From NCBI GenBank assembly GCA_002269645.1, contig NIVC01000046.1, positions 140,106 to 204,105 on the forward strand: a stretch of DNA of 64,000 bases, read 5' to 3'. How positions within the stretch are numbered: position 1 is the first letter of the stretch; every line of letters begins with the position of its first letter. Both the position numbers and the translations under genes were made by a program. Positions 26,656 to 38,419 of this stretch are shown piece after piece. The notes beneath the pieces are model-generated. The model made no database searches. It worked only from the letters and a program-made list of their open reading frames with translations, and had not been told where the DNA came from. Origin of the DNA: Macrostomum lignano. Lineage: Eukaryota.

Positions 26656-27174
26656 TCAGGGATTTGCATCCCCATCCGGTCCCAGCTGCGCTCCATCAGC
26701 CGCAGCCTCTGGCAGGGCGACTGCAGCAGGCAGGAATTCCCTGCTCATCAGCGATTTTGGCGACATCACAACGGCGAGTTGCGTTGGCCGACCATCCGGA
26801 GCGGACGGAGCTCGCTGACGTCCCAGCGGCGGCTGCTGCAGCGGCATCGACGGGGCGCCAGGAAAACAGCCGTTGGAAGCGTGGCGATGCCGGCTAGCAG
26901 AGCCGGCCCAGGCCTGCACGGGAGCGGTCTGCGTTGCTAGGGGGCCGGACACCCAGGTGACGGAGCTGCCAGCTACGAGCAGGCGGGACTCCGGAGTGGC
27001 AACCCGGCGCGGGGCGATCACATTGACGCTCTCGGCGCTGGCTTCAAGGTCATCCGGTTCTTCTTCGTTGAGCTTCTCTTCTGCTGCAGCACCGGATTCT
27101 GCTTGGCATGACCCAGCAGCAGCTGCCCCAGATGACAGATCCTGCGCCGCGTCGCTGGGGTCTGGTTCGGCTGT
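26656..27174 (-). CDS. MBD5: MBD5/6-like protein, last coding exon (low complexity)
   Basis: ccttttcag|ACA GCC GAA (TAEPD...), only frame open to TGA at 26656; phase 0. Confidence 0.75.
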   Translation of the reverse strand, partial: TAEPDPSDAAQDLSSGAAAAGSCQAESGAAAEEKLNEEEPDDLEASAESVNVIAPRRVATPESRLLVAGSSVTWVSGPLATQTAPVQAWAGSASRHRHASNGCFPGAPSMPLQQPPLGRQRAPSAPDGRPTQLAVVMSPKSLMSREFLPAAVALPEAAADGAQLGPDGDANP

Positions 27175-27290
27175 CTGAAAAGGAATGGAACACAGATGCT
27201 AATTGTTCGACTCTTGCTCAACACGAACCTCCGCACACAGTGTACCCCAGCGTATGAGCGTGTCTATTAGTGCCCCCCCCCCCCCGATAT

Positions 27291-27487
27291 CAGGGGAAGG
27301 CAAAGACTCTCCTCTATCCGGCCCGCTTTTCTCAGCTTTTTCTCTTCTTTCTCGCATCTCTCCTTATCACCTCTCTTCTCCTCTCCTCTCCATTCTTCTC
27401 TTCTCCTCTCTCTCATTTCTCCCCTCCTCTCCTCTTCTCTCCTCTCTCTTTCTCCTCCCTCGAGATTAAAAACTTTTCCGACCCCTG
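27291..27487. mobile_element. hAT-like MITE with CT-rich interior
   Basis: Left end caggggaaggcaaag, right end aacttttccgacccctg (CAGGGGTCGG-type TIR); flanks cccgatat / ccctacac are at best a decayed TSD. Confidence 0.5.
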
Positions 27488-27523
27488 CCCTACACTAGTA
27501 AATACTTGTCAGAGATGACCCAC

Positions 27524-27947
27524 CTCAGCCTCCTTTGATTTCTTCGCCGCCTCTTCATCCTCAGCCGCGACAGCCGAGTCCGCTGCCCGCTTCAACTCCA
27601 GCCGCTTGGCGCTCCGGCAAGTCTCCAGCCTCTGCTGCTCCTCAGCTGGCAGCGGCGGCGGCCACAGAGCGGGACTGTCTGGCCGGAAGTTGAACAGCCG
27701 TCTGGCGGCTTCCAGAGCTTCGGCGGAATCCTCTGGCAGCGTAACTGCTTCATCGGAGTCTTCGGCCGCGTCCTCTACCGTTGAAGTCTCGGCGCCGCCG
27801 TCTTGCTGCTCGTCGGCCTGTCGACGTCGCTGTCGAGAACGTCGTTGACGAAGGTCGCAGGCCAGCGGCAGGGCGCACAGGCAGGCATCGGGGCGGCTGA
27901 GGTAGCCACGCACGGCGTCGGCGCTTGACAAAAGCTCGCCTGAGCAG
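27524..27947 (-). CDS. MBD5: MBD5/6-like protein, exon with C-terminal half of the MBD
   Basis: ccgtcag|C TGC TCA GGC; (S)CSGELLSSADAVRGYLSRPDACLCALPLAC...RLFNFRP...TCRSAKR versus MBD5 [43 protein letters not shown]; ends GAG|gtgggt. Confidence 0.85.
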
Positions 27948-28101
27948 CTGACGGAGTCAAGTGGGAAATCGAATTAATGACTGGGCGAGTTGACAGGGAA
28001 CAGGTGGGAGGATTTAAGATTGTGAGAGTGGCCGGAGAGCCGACGATTGAGGACAAAGAGTTGAGCAGATGTGAAGCGCCATAGTGAAACTATCTGCCGG
28101 T

Positions 28102-28735
28102 GGGTCAAGGTGCGGGAATTCCTGACCCACTGGCTAAATGAGGGTTAAGGTTTGGGGATTCCTGACCCACTGGCTGAATGAGGGTCAAGGTGTGGGGATT
28201 CCTGACCCACTGGCTAAATGAGGGTTAAGGTTTGGGGATTCCTGACCCACTGGCTAAATGAGGGTCAAGGTTTGGGGATTCCTGACCCACTGACTGAATG
28301 AGGGTCATGGTGTGGATTCCTGACCCACTGACTGAATGAGGGTCAAGGTGTGGGGATTCCTGACCCACTGACTGAATGGGGGTCAAGGTGTGGGGATTCC
28401 TGACCCAGACTGAATGAGGGTCAAGGTGTGGGGATTCCTGACCCACTGACTGAATGAGGGTCAAGGTGTGGGGATTCCTGACCCACTGACTGAATGAGGG
28501 TCATGGTGTGGGGATTCCTGACCCACTGACTGAATGAGGGTCATGGTGTGGATTCCTGACCCACTGACTGAATGAGGGTCAAGGTGTGGGGATTCCTGAC
28601 CCACTGGCTAAATGAGGGTCAAGGTGTGGGGATTCCTGACCCACTGACTGAATGAGGGTCAAGGTGTGGGGATTCCTGACCCACTGACTAAATGAGGGTC
28701 AAGGAGCGGGGATCTTGACCCAGCACATTGACCCA
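28102..28735. repeat. 40-bp minisatellite, about 15 copies, internally palindromic
   Basis: Unit gggtcaaggtgtggggattcctgacccactgactgaatga; period 28103/28143/28183. Confidence 0.95.
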
Positions 28736-30039
28736 CTAGCAGAAGCACTGACTACAAAAGGGTCTTAAACCTAAAGTCAAAGGTTTCCTATGGGTCAAGA
28801 TGATAGATTTCTATGGCTCAACAGAAGGAAACAAACAGGTCAGTCTGTCGAGGCCAAAAAGACCTGGAGATGACTGATTTGATAAGCAGATTGCAGCAAA
28901 ACCTAAGTGTCACACACTTAAGAAATGAAAGAAAAAGCAAAATATAACAAACAATTTGAATAATTATATGCGGAGGGAATATTGCGAATGCCTGGGAGTT
29001 GGTTTGGGAAGACCATACGCGCAAGCACACACAATAAAATAACTACTTGAAGCGCACACTTAAAAAACACTTAGTTCTAATCCGATTATGTTAAGTACGT
29101 AATTAACTGGGCCAAAGTCGCAAAGTGTGCGGCGTGTGTCGGCAGTGTAGTGATTAATTAATAAATTATAATGCTTGTTATATCATTCACAAAAGTCAAG
29201 AGCTGCAGTGTACCACTAGGATAAATAATTATAAAGTTACACGACCAAATTCAATTAATCCAACAAAGGCAGTATTACCAAAATTATAGGCAGGTAGCAA
29301 CGGTCAGTAAAAAGTTGGTAAAAAACTGATTAGTAAACAAACACATAGAGAGAGCTTGCTGGGTGCAAAGAGTCACACTACGCGTTTCAATCTTTGACAA
29401 TAAATACAAATGCATATATATGATGAATATTAAGAAAATTAAATCAACAAGCCACTACGCTGTTTGTGTGTCTTTTATACATAGAAATGAACGATATATA
29501 TATTAAGTAGTATTGTAAGGATATTTAAAAGACAGATTTCTTTGTTGGCAAACCAAGGCCACTTGGTCTCAACCCTTCTCGTGGCAAGAAAGAGCTGCTT
29601 TAATTAATTAATTAACATAATTAATTAGCAGTTAGAGAGCGTACCGAATGCTGCTGAGCCGACTGAGTGCTGCCGAGTCCTGCTTTGAGTAGCATTTATT
29701 GATTGCAAGGGATAGCCGGGACACAATGTACTTTTTTAAAAAAACTCTGCTTAAATTAAATATCTTTACCAAGGCCAAAAAACGGAACGAACACAAAATA
29801 TAATTTAATATAGTATTAATAAATATAGTTGTGCAAGTCAAGACACTCACTGCTGGCGAACCTCGGCGGCCCCAAAGGGTGATGCAATACGATTAAGTAG
29901 CATATAAAATAGGCATTAGTTGTAAAATTATTAGTTTCAATACACAGATTTTCAACACATTTCAGAACTATTTTGACAAATAATAATTGTTGATATGCAA
30001 GATTATGGAATCCCATGTGCCCATGGAATTGATCCCAGA

Positions 30040-31330
30040 TCCTCAATGCACCCAGATCCCCAATACATCCAGATCCTCAATACACCCAGATCCTCAATAC
30101 ACCCAGATCCCCAATACACCCAGATCCCCAATACACCCAGATTCTCAATACACCAGATCCTTAATACACCCAGATCCCCAATACACCCAGATCCCCAATA
30201 CACCCAGATTCTCAATACACCAGATCCTTAATACACCCAGATCCTCAATGCACTCAGATCCTTAATACACCCAGATCCCCAATACACCCAGATCCCCAAT
30301 ACACCCAGATCCTCAATGCACTCAGATCCTTAATACACCCAGATCCCCAATACACCCAGATCCCCAATACACCCAGATCCTCAATGCACTCAGATCCTTA
30401 ATACACCCAGATTCTCAATACACCCAGATTCTCAATACACCCAGATTCTCAATACACCCAGATCCTTAATACACCCAGATCCTCAATGCACTCAGATCCT
30501 TAATACACCCAGATTCTCAATACACCCAGATCCTCAATGCACCCAGATCCTCAATGCACTCAGATCCCCAATACACCCAGATCCCCAATACACCCAGATC
30601 CCCAATACACCCAGATCCCCAATACACCCAGATCCCCAATACACCCAGATCCTCAATACACCCAGATCCTCAATGCACTCAGATCCCCAATACACCCAGA
30701 TCCTCAATACACCCAGATCCTCAATGCACTCAGATCCCCAATACACCCAGATCCCCAATACACCCAGATCCCCAATACACCCAGATCCCCAATACACCCA
30801 GATCCCCAATACACCCAGATCCTCAATACACCAGATCCTTAATACACCCAGATCCTCAATGCACTCAGATCCCCAATACACCCAGATCCCCAATACACCC
30901 AGATCCCCAATACACCCAGATCCCCAATACACCCAGATCCCCAATACACCCAGATTCTCAATACACCAGATCCTTAATACACCCAGATCCTCAATGCACC
31001 CAGATCCCCAATACACCCAGATCCCCAATACACCAGATCCTTAATACACCAGATCCCCAATACACCCAGATCCCCAATACACCAGATTCTCAATACACCA
31101 GATCCTTAATACACCCAGATTCTCAATACACCAGATCCTTAATACACCCAGATCCTCAATGCACTCAGATCCCCAATACACCCAGATCCCCAATACACCC
31201 AGATCCCCAATACACCCAGATCCCCAATACACCCAGATCCCCAATACACCCAGATCCCCAATACACCCAGATCCCCAATACACCCAGATCCCCAATACAC
31301 CCAGATCCCCAATACACCCAGATCCCCAAT
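30040..31330. repeat. 17-bp minisatellite, about 75 copies
   Basis: Unit agatccccaatacaccc. Confidence 0.95.
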
Positions 31331-31973
31331 GCGCCAATTATAAGAGCTGCAGGAAATGAAAGAAGAATTATAACATTACCATTCCAAAGCCTTGAGTGTG
31401 GAGACTGAGAGTGAACCTAAAATGCCTGAAAGTAAAACTAACACTGCGCTATCCGCCCTACTCATAACAGTAGACGGTAACGACTACAATAGTGAAATAA
31501 GCAACTTAAAAAAATCCTAAATTGATTCGACCGTAATTTGAATTTAGATAAGTTAAGAAAATATGTCTTATATACTAACAAAAGATTATTAATTTAAGCG
31601 CCAAATTGAATATTAACTTTAGCGCCAAACGAACATAGACTTAAGCGCAAAAGAAGATCAATTTTAGCGCCAACTTGAAGATAACTTATAATAATAATCT
31701 GTCTCATATGTTATTACTCTAAGCACAGATGAACAACACAATTACAAGTTGGTTTATCCAAAGAAAAGAACTTACGCAATAACAAGCCGATAAACAAAGA
31801 CAGACGATATTATTCAGCCAAAAAATGTATATAAGTTAGTCTCTATGGAATATGAATATAAACGGAGATAAGGAGATACAAAAGAAATAGACAGATTTAC
31901 AGACCAATTCAATAAGAGGCTCGGTATTATATATAGAATATGCAGGCATAACAGAAATGATTTAATAAATTAC

Positions 31974-32839
31974 CTGCGATACGAAACGCATCCATTGTCA
32001 TCTACAAGCCGCTGCCATCTGGTAGACTGCTGCTGCTGCTGCTGCTCCGGCGAGGACTTTAAGCCGTCCTCATCAGAGATGGAGCTCGGCAACTCAGCTG
32101 CTGTTGAAGTCGAAGCCGCAGCAGAAGCAGCAGCAGCGGTGGCGGCCGCAGCTCCGGCCACGTCAATGGAGGACTGCGGTCGGGGAGTCGTGACTGCGCT
32201 GGACACGGCTGACGCATGGCCGGGCGTGCCAGGACCTCCGCTGCAGCCTTTCATTGACGATGACGAATGATGATTGCGCTGCTGATGCAGCTGCTGCTGC
32301 TGCAGATGATGCTGATGAAGCAGATGCTGCGCCTGCAGGTGCTGCTGAAGCTGGTGAAACTGCTGTAATTGCAGTGCCTGCTGCTGCTGCTGCTGCTGCT
32401 GGGCCTGAGAGATTGCCGCTGCGGCCGCCAGCTGCTGCGCATAGTAGTTCTGGGCTAGCAGAAACTGTTGCTGCTGTTGCTGTTGCTGCTGCTGCTGCTG
32501 GGCCTGGGCTAGCATCAGCTGATGAAGGGGATTAGTCAGCATCCCGTGTCCTCCAGCTGGGTTGTACAGCGAGGCAGCAGCGGCCGCAGCCTGAGCTTGC
32601 TGAAGCATCAGCTGTTGTTGCTGCTGCTGTTGCAGTTGCTGCTGCTGCTGAGGCAGCATGACATACTGCAGACCAGCAGCGCTTGTCACTGTTGGCATGG
32701 CAACTAGACCGCCAGGGATGCTGCTAGCAACTGTTGCTAGGGGCAATGGGGCGCCAGCTGCTGCGGCTGCAGCCGCCGAGGCGGCATAAAACTGCGGCGG
32801 TAAGTACTGGCCATTGGGGCACACTGGCCGCAAGTTCAT
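31974..32839 (-). CDS. MBD5: MBD5/6-like protein, first major coding exon: polyQ/polyA region plus N-terminal half of MBD
   Basis: tttgcag|CA ATG; ends RWQRLVDDNGCVSYR-AG|gtaatt versus MBD5 [15 protein letters not shown]; phase 2 joins 27947. Confidence 0.85.
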
Positions 32840-34368
32840 TGCTGCAAAGATTGGCGAGTGTTGAGCATTCTCTAAGCACAGTTTTATTTCCTTTTTAAAG
32901 TTTTATTTATAGCATATCTATATGCCTTTATATTTATTACATTAAATATTACATTATTACAGCATTACATTACATTAACATTACATTATTACATTTATTA
33001 TTTATTTATTACATTTTAATACTTTCTCTATTTAGGAGCTAACTAACATCAGCCAAAATGTTATAAAATAAAATAGAATATCTTTGTATCTACCTCTCCT
33101 ATACTTGAAATAATAGCTCTAATTTTTATTATTAATCAGTCTTGTGACCTTTCTCTATCTTGATTTAAAGTCAAAAGCATTTTCAGGATTTCTTTAAAAA
33201 ATATTGGTATTTCAAAAAAGATTTGCATTATAAAAATCTCTATATAACTAAACTTGAATATAAAATTAAAATTGAATTGAAGTAAAATCTCACTTGCAAA
33301 AAACAGGGTGCCAATTTTGCAATTATTGTTAAAATTTAAGATGTCAACCCTATTGGAATAAGTTTTCAGACACTGTGGACAGTGCGTCTAGTGCGCCATG
33401 GCAATCATAAAGTGGCCTGGACGGTGCGTCATGACAATCTTCAAATCCTAAGGTGGTATGGACGATGTGTCATTCAAATCTTCAAATCCTAGGGTGCCAT
33501 AGCACTCTAGGTTTAGGTGATATTGTGCATGACTCCAGTCTCTATCATGTTCATTCTGATGATGCATCACTCGTTTTTGAGAGATTTAAAGAGATTGAGA
33601 GAAAGTTGTGTGTTTTACCGCACTTGTGTTTTACTGCACTCTGTTCTGTACTGTACTTCTGCCCCCTTCTGTTGTAGTTGTATCTATTTCTTAATTCTTA
33701 GTCTACTCGTCTTTTGACTTACAAAGTTACATTGTTGGTCTATTCAAAGAAAAATAAATAATGTAAATAGTGTGGCAATTGCATCAGTGAGTACTTAAAA
33801 TAATTACGAACACTGAAACCCTTTACTTCAATTTGGCTAATCGGTTAATACAAAATGAAGAAACTCCGTGATGAACAACACAGAGTTCACGAACAAACAA
33901 AATTGTCTTTGCCTTATCCACACACTTTTTCAGTAGTAGTTGTAGCACTTTGGCTCGGGTCGGGTTATCAAATCTGATAACTATTTAGCATGGTGTTTCG
34001 AAGAATATTTTCACATTTAAATGTCAGCATAAATAAATGTACGCGCAACCAATCAAAAAGATAATTAAACAAAGCAGAAAATTTGTTGAGACTTTTAATA
34101 GAATTTAGTTTACTTTTTTATTTCTTGCAACTGCGTTATAAGAGAACATTAAGAGCAATTAGCATTTGGCACTATGTTATAATGTTTATGAGGCAATAAA
34201 GAACATTTCTGCTGCGATCTTTCAACTACAATTTCCAATTTTACGATTAACTTGCATGCATATTCTAGATGACACAGCAATCAATACATATGATAGGAGA
34301 TATGCTATACTATAGCCCATAGCAATATTATCAAAGTTATAGAAATTAGAAAAACAAGTTTTACTTAC

Positions 34369-34570
34369 AGTTTGCTGAATTTCCACCGTGCTGCTGACTT
34401 TCTCCTGTGCATGCTTCTCATCCTTGTTCAGCAGCGCTGTATGTAGCGCGTGATGTCCTCCTTGCATCTTACCTGTGAGCTGCTGTGCATCATGGCGCAT
34501 GGCGCGCGTAGCGCGCCATGCGCCATGACTATGAGGAAAAAGAAAAAGTGCGCCGGACGCCGTCCGCGAA
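34369..34570 (-). other. MBD5: Probable first (leader) exon of MBD5/6-like gene with two alternative donors
   Basis: Donors CAG|gtaaga at 34473 and ACT|gtaagt at 34369; CpG-rich segment in AT-rich DNA; E2F-like TTTTCGCG near 34565-34572; 5' end not defined. Confidence 0.5.
34490..34528. promoter_or_regulatory. Perfect 18-bp inverted repeat with 3-nt loop
   Basis: tcatggcgcatggcgcgc-gta-gcgcgccatgcgccatga. Confidence 0.85.
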
Positions 34571-34704
34571 AATACCACTTATTCCAATAGGGGATGTCAA
34601 AACTAAAGCTAAATATAATATGACAGACTATAATAAAAAATATATTCATGGCATAATGGGTAAACTAAAGGATATCTTCTAAAGCTCTGTATGATAGGCT
34701 CTAG

Positions 34705-34880
34705 CAGGGATGGACCAAGGGGGGGGCCAAAAAGGCCATGCCCCCCCTTAGCTCAGCCAAAAAATCCTCAGATGTATTGGTATCATGCTGTATTGGTATC
34801 ATGGTACCCTAATTGCAGCTCTGGCCTGACCAGATGTGAGGCTTGCTCCCCCCCTCAATAAAATACTAGGTCTGCCCCTG
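34705..34880. mobile_element. hAT-type MITE, 176 bp
   Basis: Imperfect TIRs cagggatggaccaag / ctaggtctgcccctg; 8-bp TSD ggctctag / ggctccag (7/8). Confidence 0.7.
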
Positions 34881-35580
34881 GGCTCCAGTACATTAAAACT
34901 ATTAATGTTTTTATTTATTATCTATTCAAATGAGCTACAATATGCTTATAATTTTTTATTTATTTATTATGCTAAGAGTTTTCATCAGCAAAGAAGAGTA
35001 AGTGTCCACTGTCCAACAAACTCTTAGTAAGTTTTATCTAGTAAGAGTTTACTTAGGTTTATTGTACTAAGAATTTGTTGGACATATTCAAAAATGCTTT
35101 TGTCTTTGTAAAATTATAAATCTAGTATAAATAATATTGTTTATTCTATTTTAATAAACTTTTAATTATCATAACACTATTTATCTTATTTTCAATTGTA
35201 TTACCTTTTAGGCTTTTTGTTTAATTCTAAAACCTTTCAAAAAACTAAAATAACTCTACATTTCATTTGTAAACTTTATATACTAGGCCTTGTCTAAAAA
35301 TAATTAATCAAATTAGATTAATTAGATAACTATTTAATTTAGATTTCTATCTTTTGTTTTATAATATTTATTTGGTTAGTAATATTAGGCCTAGTTTAAG
35401 TCTATTATATTGCCCTTGAATCAGAAAATAAACTTTTAATATGTTAAATATGTATTTAAGACACAAAGATAAAAATCTTTTTTATATATTTTAGTTAGGT
35501 CTAAGATTGACTTTTTAGGCATTATTAGGCTTTGGTTATCTTGGCTTTCTTAGATTCTTGGCTTTTTTATTAGAGGCAAG

Positions 35581-35933
35581 GGGGTTATGTGCACCCTGGC
35601 GCACTTTAAGTGACCTTTAAGTGACATAGACACACAATCGGCAAGAGACATTACTGCCTATTCCCCCAACTACCCTGAGCAAGTATACAAGTGCGTAGAT
35701 ATATAGACATACATTCACACAAGAATGTACAGCAGCCCTAACTTTATTTTATCGTTAGGCATGTATACTTCACTGTGCCTTAGGGGGTTGGCTTTCAAGG
35801 CTGTTAATTGTATAAGCAGAGCCAAGCCAAGATTCCAATTTAGCCCCAAATTAATGTGACTGCACTTGGAATCAAGCCTAGGTTGCTAGCATAGCAACCA
35901 GAGTAGCTACGCTACTACTGGGATACAGCCCCC
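35581..35933 (-). mobile_element. tRNA-derived SINE family B, full-length degenerate copy
   Basis: Reverse complement aligns end to end with 40361-40676. Confidence 0.7.
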
Positions 35934-37197
35934 TTTCTTGGCTTTTAGATAAGGGTTAAAAAAGCTAAAAAAGACACATTTTCCATTGGAAAAAAATGAT
36001 TAAATAAAAAGTTTTGTCAAAACCACTAGGCCCCAAAAAAACAAGTTTTTAAGCAACGATTATCAGTGCCAGCTAACTGACAAAAATGCATGAAAAGAAT
36101 ATTTAAAATTTAAATAAAGTACAAAAAGTTTTAACTAAGATTGATCAAATAGAAAATATGAGAAAATGAAAATTTGATCAAATGAAAAAATAAAAAAATA
36201 GTATTTAAATCTTATTTGAGTTTCTCTATATAACATTAGCAATTAAATAGAAGATAGGCTTTGTTTTTTCATACTAATTCTAAAGTGACTTTTATTTTGG
36301 ATTATGTTATTATATTTAATAACTTTAAAATAAGTTTTTAAAGGCCTATATTATTATTATACCAATGCAGCTTGGTTAAGCATAAAGATAAAATAAAGAC
36401 ATAAACTTTTGAATTCAATGTTTTCTAAAAATTAATAAGTGATATATTATGAATAGTCGGTTAGGGACCTAATTGGCATAACTCCAGTTTCTTGCTCTAA
36501 ATTAGGCTCTATCCAAATATCTGGCAACTGGCATTGCATAAATACTTTATAGTCTTTAATGCTTTATTAAACCTGCTTTAAGGATTGTTTTCCAGCATTT
36601 CCAGATTAGCAATACAACCTGCTTTGGACGATTACCCTGTGTCTCTCGTTGACTTTACTACAATACTAGGCCTTATGTCTGTGACTTACTTGTTACTTTT
36701 ACATTTTTAGAAAGTTTTATAAAAAATCAGGATAATAATTTAGCGCAGTAAACCGAAGTTATACTTAATAATTTTGACATGCATATCAAATGCTTCGTGT
36801 AGATGGGTTTCTGATGAGCCTTGCACTCTGGTTCAGCCGCTTAGTGGCTCGCCTCAGTAGCTCAGTAGCTCAGCTGTACCCTGGCTTTAGCTGTAGGCCT
36901 AGCTTCTATCTATAGTATTGTAGCTTCTATTGGTAGGGATTGAACCAGCATATTTTTAAAAGGAATCGAAAAAACACTTGACAGAAATTTTAAAGATATG
37001 ACGGATAAAACAGTAGGCCCTAGTAGAGATTATAGTAGGCCTACGGCTACGGATAACTAAGACGGAAGGAGAGTAAGTTCATATTTATGTAATAGTGCTC
37101 AATTTGCGTGCGCGTGCACTTCTAGTGTTTTCTCCGTATTTCTTTCTGCGTCACCCCACCCCTGCGTATAGCCTTTTCTAGAAATTTCTTTTTGTTT

Positions 37198-37280
37198 CTG
37201 ATTGGCTGAAAACGCGTGAATAACGAGCCCCAACCAATAGAGTGCTTAGTGCCTACCCTATCGGCGAAATCCGATTGGTT
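37198..37280. promoter_or_regulatory. CCAAT-box cluster, candidate promoter of RGS22-like gene
   Basis: ctgattggctg 37198, accaatag 37233, gattggtt 37273, E2F-like cggcgaaa 37262, in a CpG-richer island between divergent genes. Confidence 0.45.
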
Positions 37281-38419
37281 AGGATTTTCTAAGCTGCGTT
37301 TTTCACCCTGCCCTCCCCCATCGCGGTCAGTCTATTTAATCAAGCAAGCTGGAACGCAAATAAATCAAGTTTTTCTCTGACTAAAGAAGTCCCGGCAGTT
37401 AAAACTCAAGAATACGCGGCTACATTTACAAAATTTTCGCGCACTGAAAAAATCAACTTAAAATTTGTGCTTAAGCTACGTGCACTAAAACAAAGATTTC
37501 CATTAAAAATATCTAGATATAGTAAAATTTGTTGTGCACGCTTTTAAGAATGTCTATAATAAAAGCTAAACTTAAATTGTGCAAATTAATTAAATCTATT
37601 TAGAATTGTCATAACTAACTATACAGTAGCAATTTTAACTTGTGATCAAATCGTTTTTATCTGCAATCACCCGACACCATATTTTTTACATTTTATTAAC
37701 GCTATAGATTTAGAGGTAAAGCTAAAAAGTAGGAATTGAAGGAATACTTTCGATTGTATAGGGATTTACGCGTTTACAAAAATGTTAATATATATGTGTG
37801 CTGCTAAGTAGTACTGCACTGACAGCACGATGACATTATAGTTGCAAATGCGTCTATAAACCTAAGGCTGTAGGGATCATTTATTTATTGCCATGATTTA
37901 TTTTTGATCAATTTTTCCAACCACTTTTTTATTATAAATCCTTAAAAGACAGTTACTGCCATGCAAATATTATTTTGTGATACTTTCGAAATTTAAATTT
38001 AAATTGTCAAGTTTTAAGTCCATCTGTTATGAATATTTGCGTTAGATTAAATTTTAATTTTATTTCAGCTTCTTTGTCGTTCTGGGCATAAAACAAAAAA
38101 ATAAAATAACGATCTCGGCTTTTTTACTCAGCTACTAATGGGCTATAAAAACATATCATTTTAGCACAAAATACATCAATTCGGACTTCACTTTTTTCTT
38201 ATAGCTTTGAAGTTTAATTCAAGACTTTCATTTAGGAAATTCAAAGCCAGACCCGATTGTTTGACTAATAATATTATTAGAACATTTGTACTTTGAAATA
38301 TACCCATGCTTGCAACAATCTCATGCATTCAGTTTCAACAAACACAAGCTTAAATTAAGTTCATCTTAATGCATGCAACAATACTTTTGATGGTGTAGTT
38401 TCGATCCGGTCAGGCAGCA

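Noticed and set aside
26656-26658. Selenocysteine recoding of the MBD5/6 TGA
   Set aside because: No SECIS recognised downstream, and the family has no selenoprotein precedent.
28102-28735. CRISPR-like palindromic repeats
   Set aside because: No unique spacers, no cas genes, eukaryotic intron.
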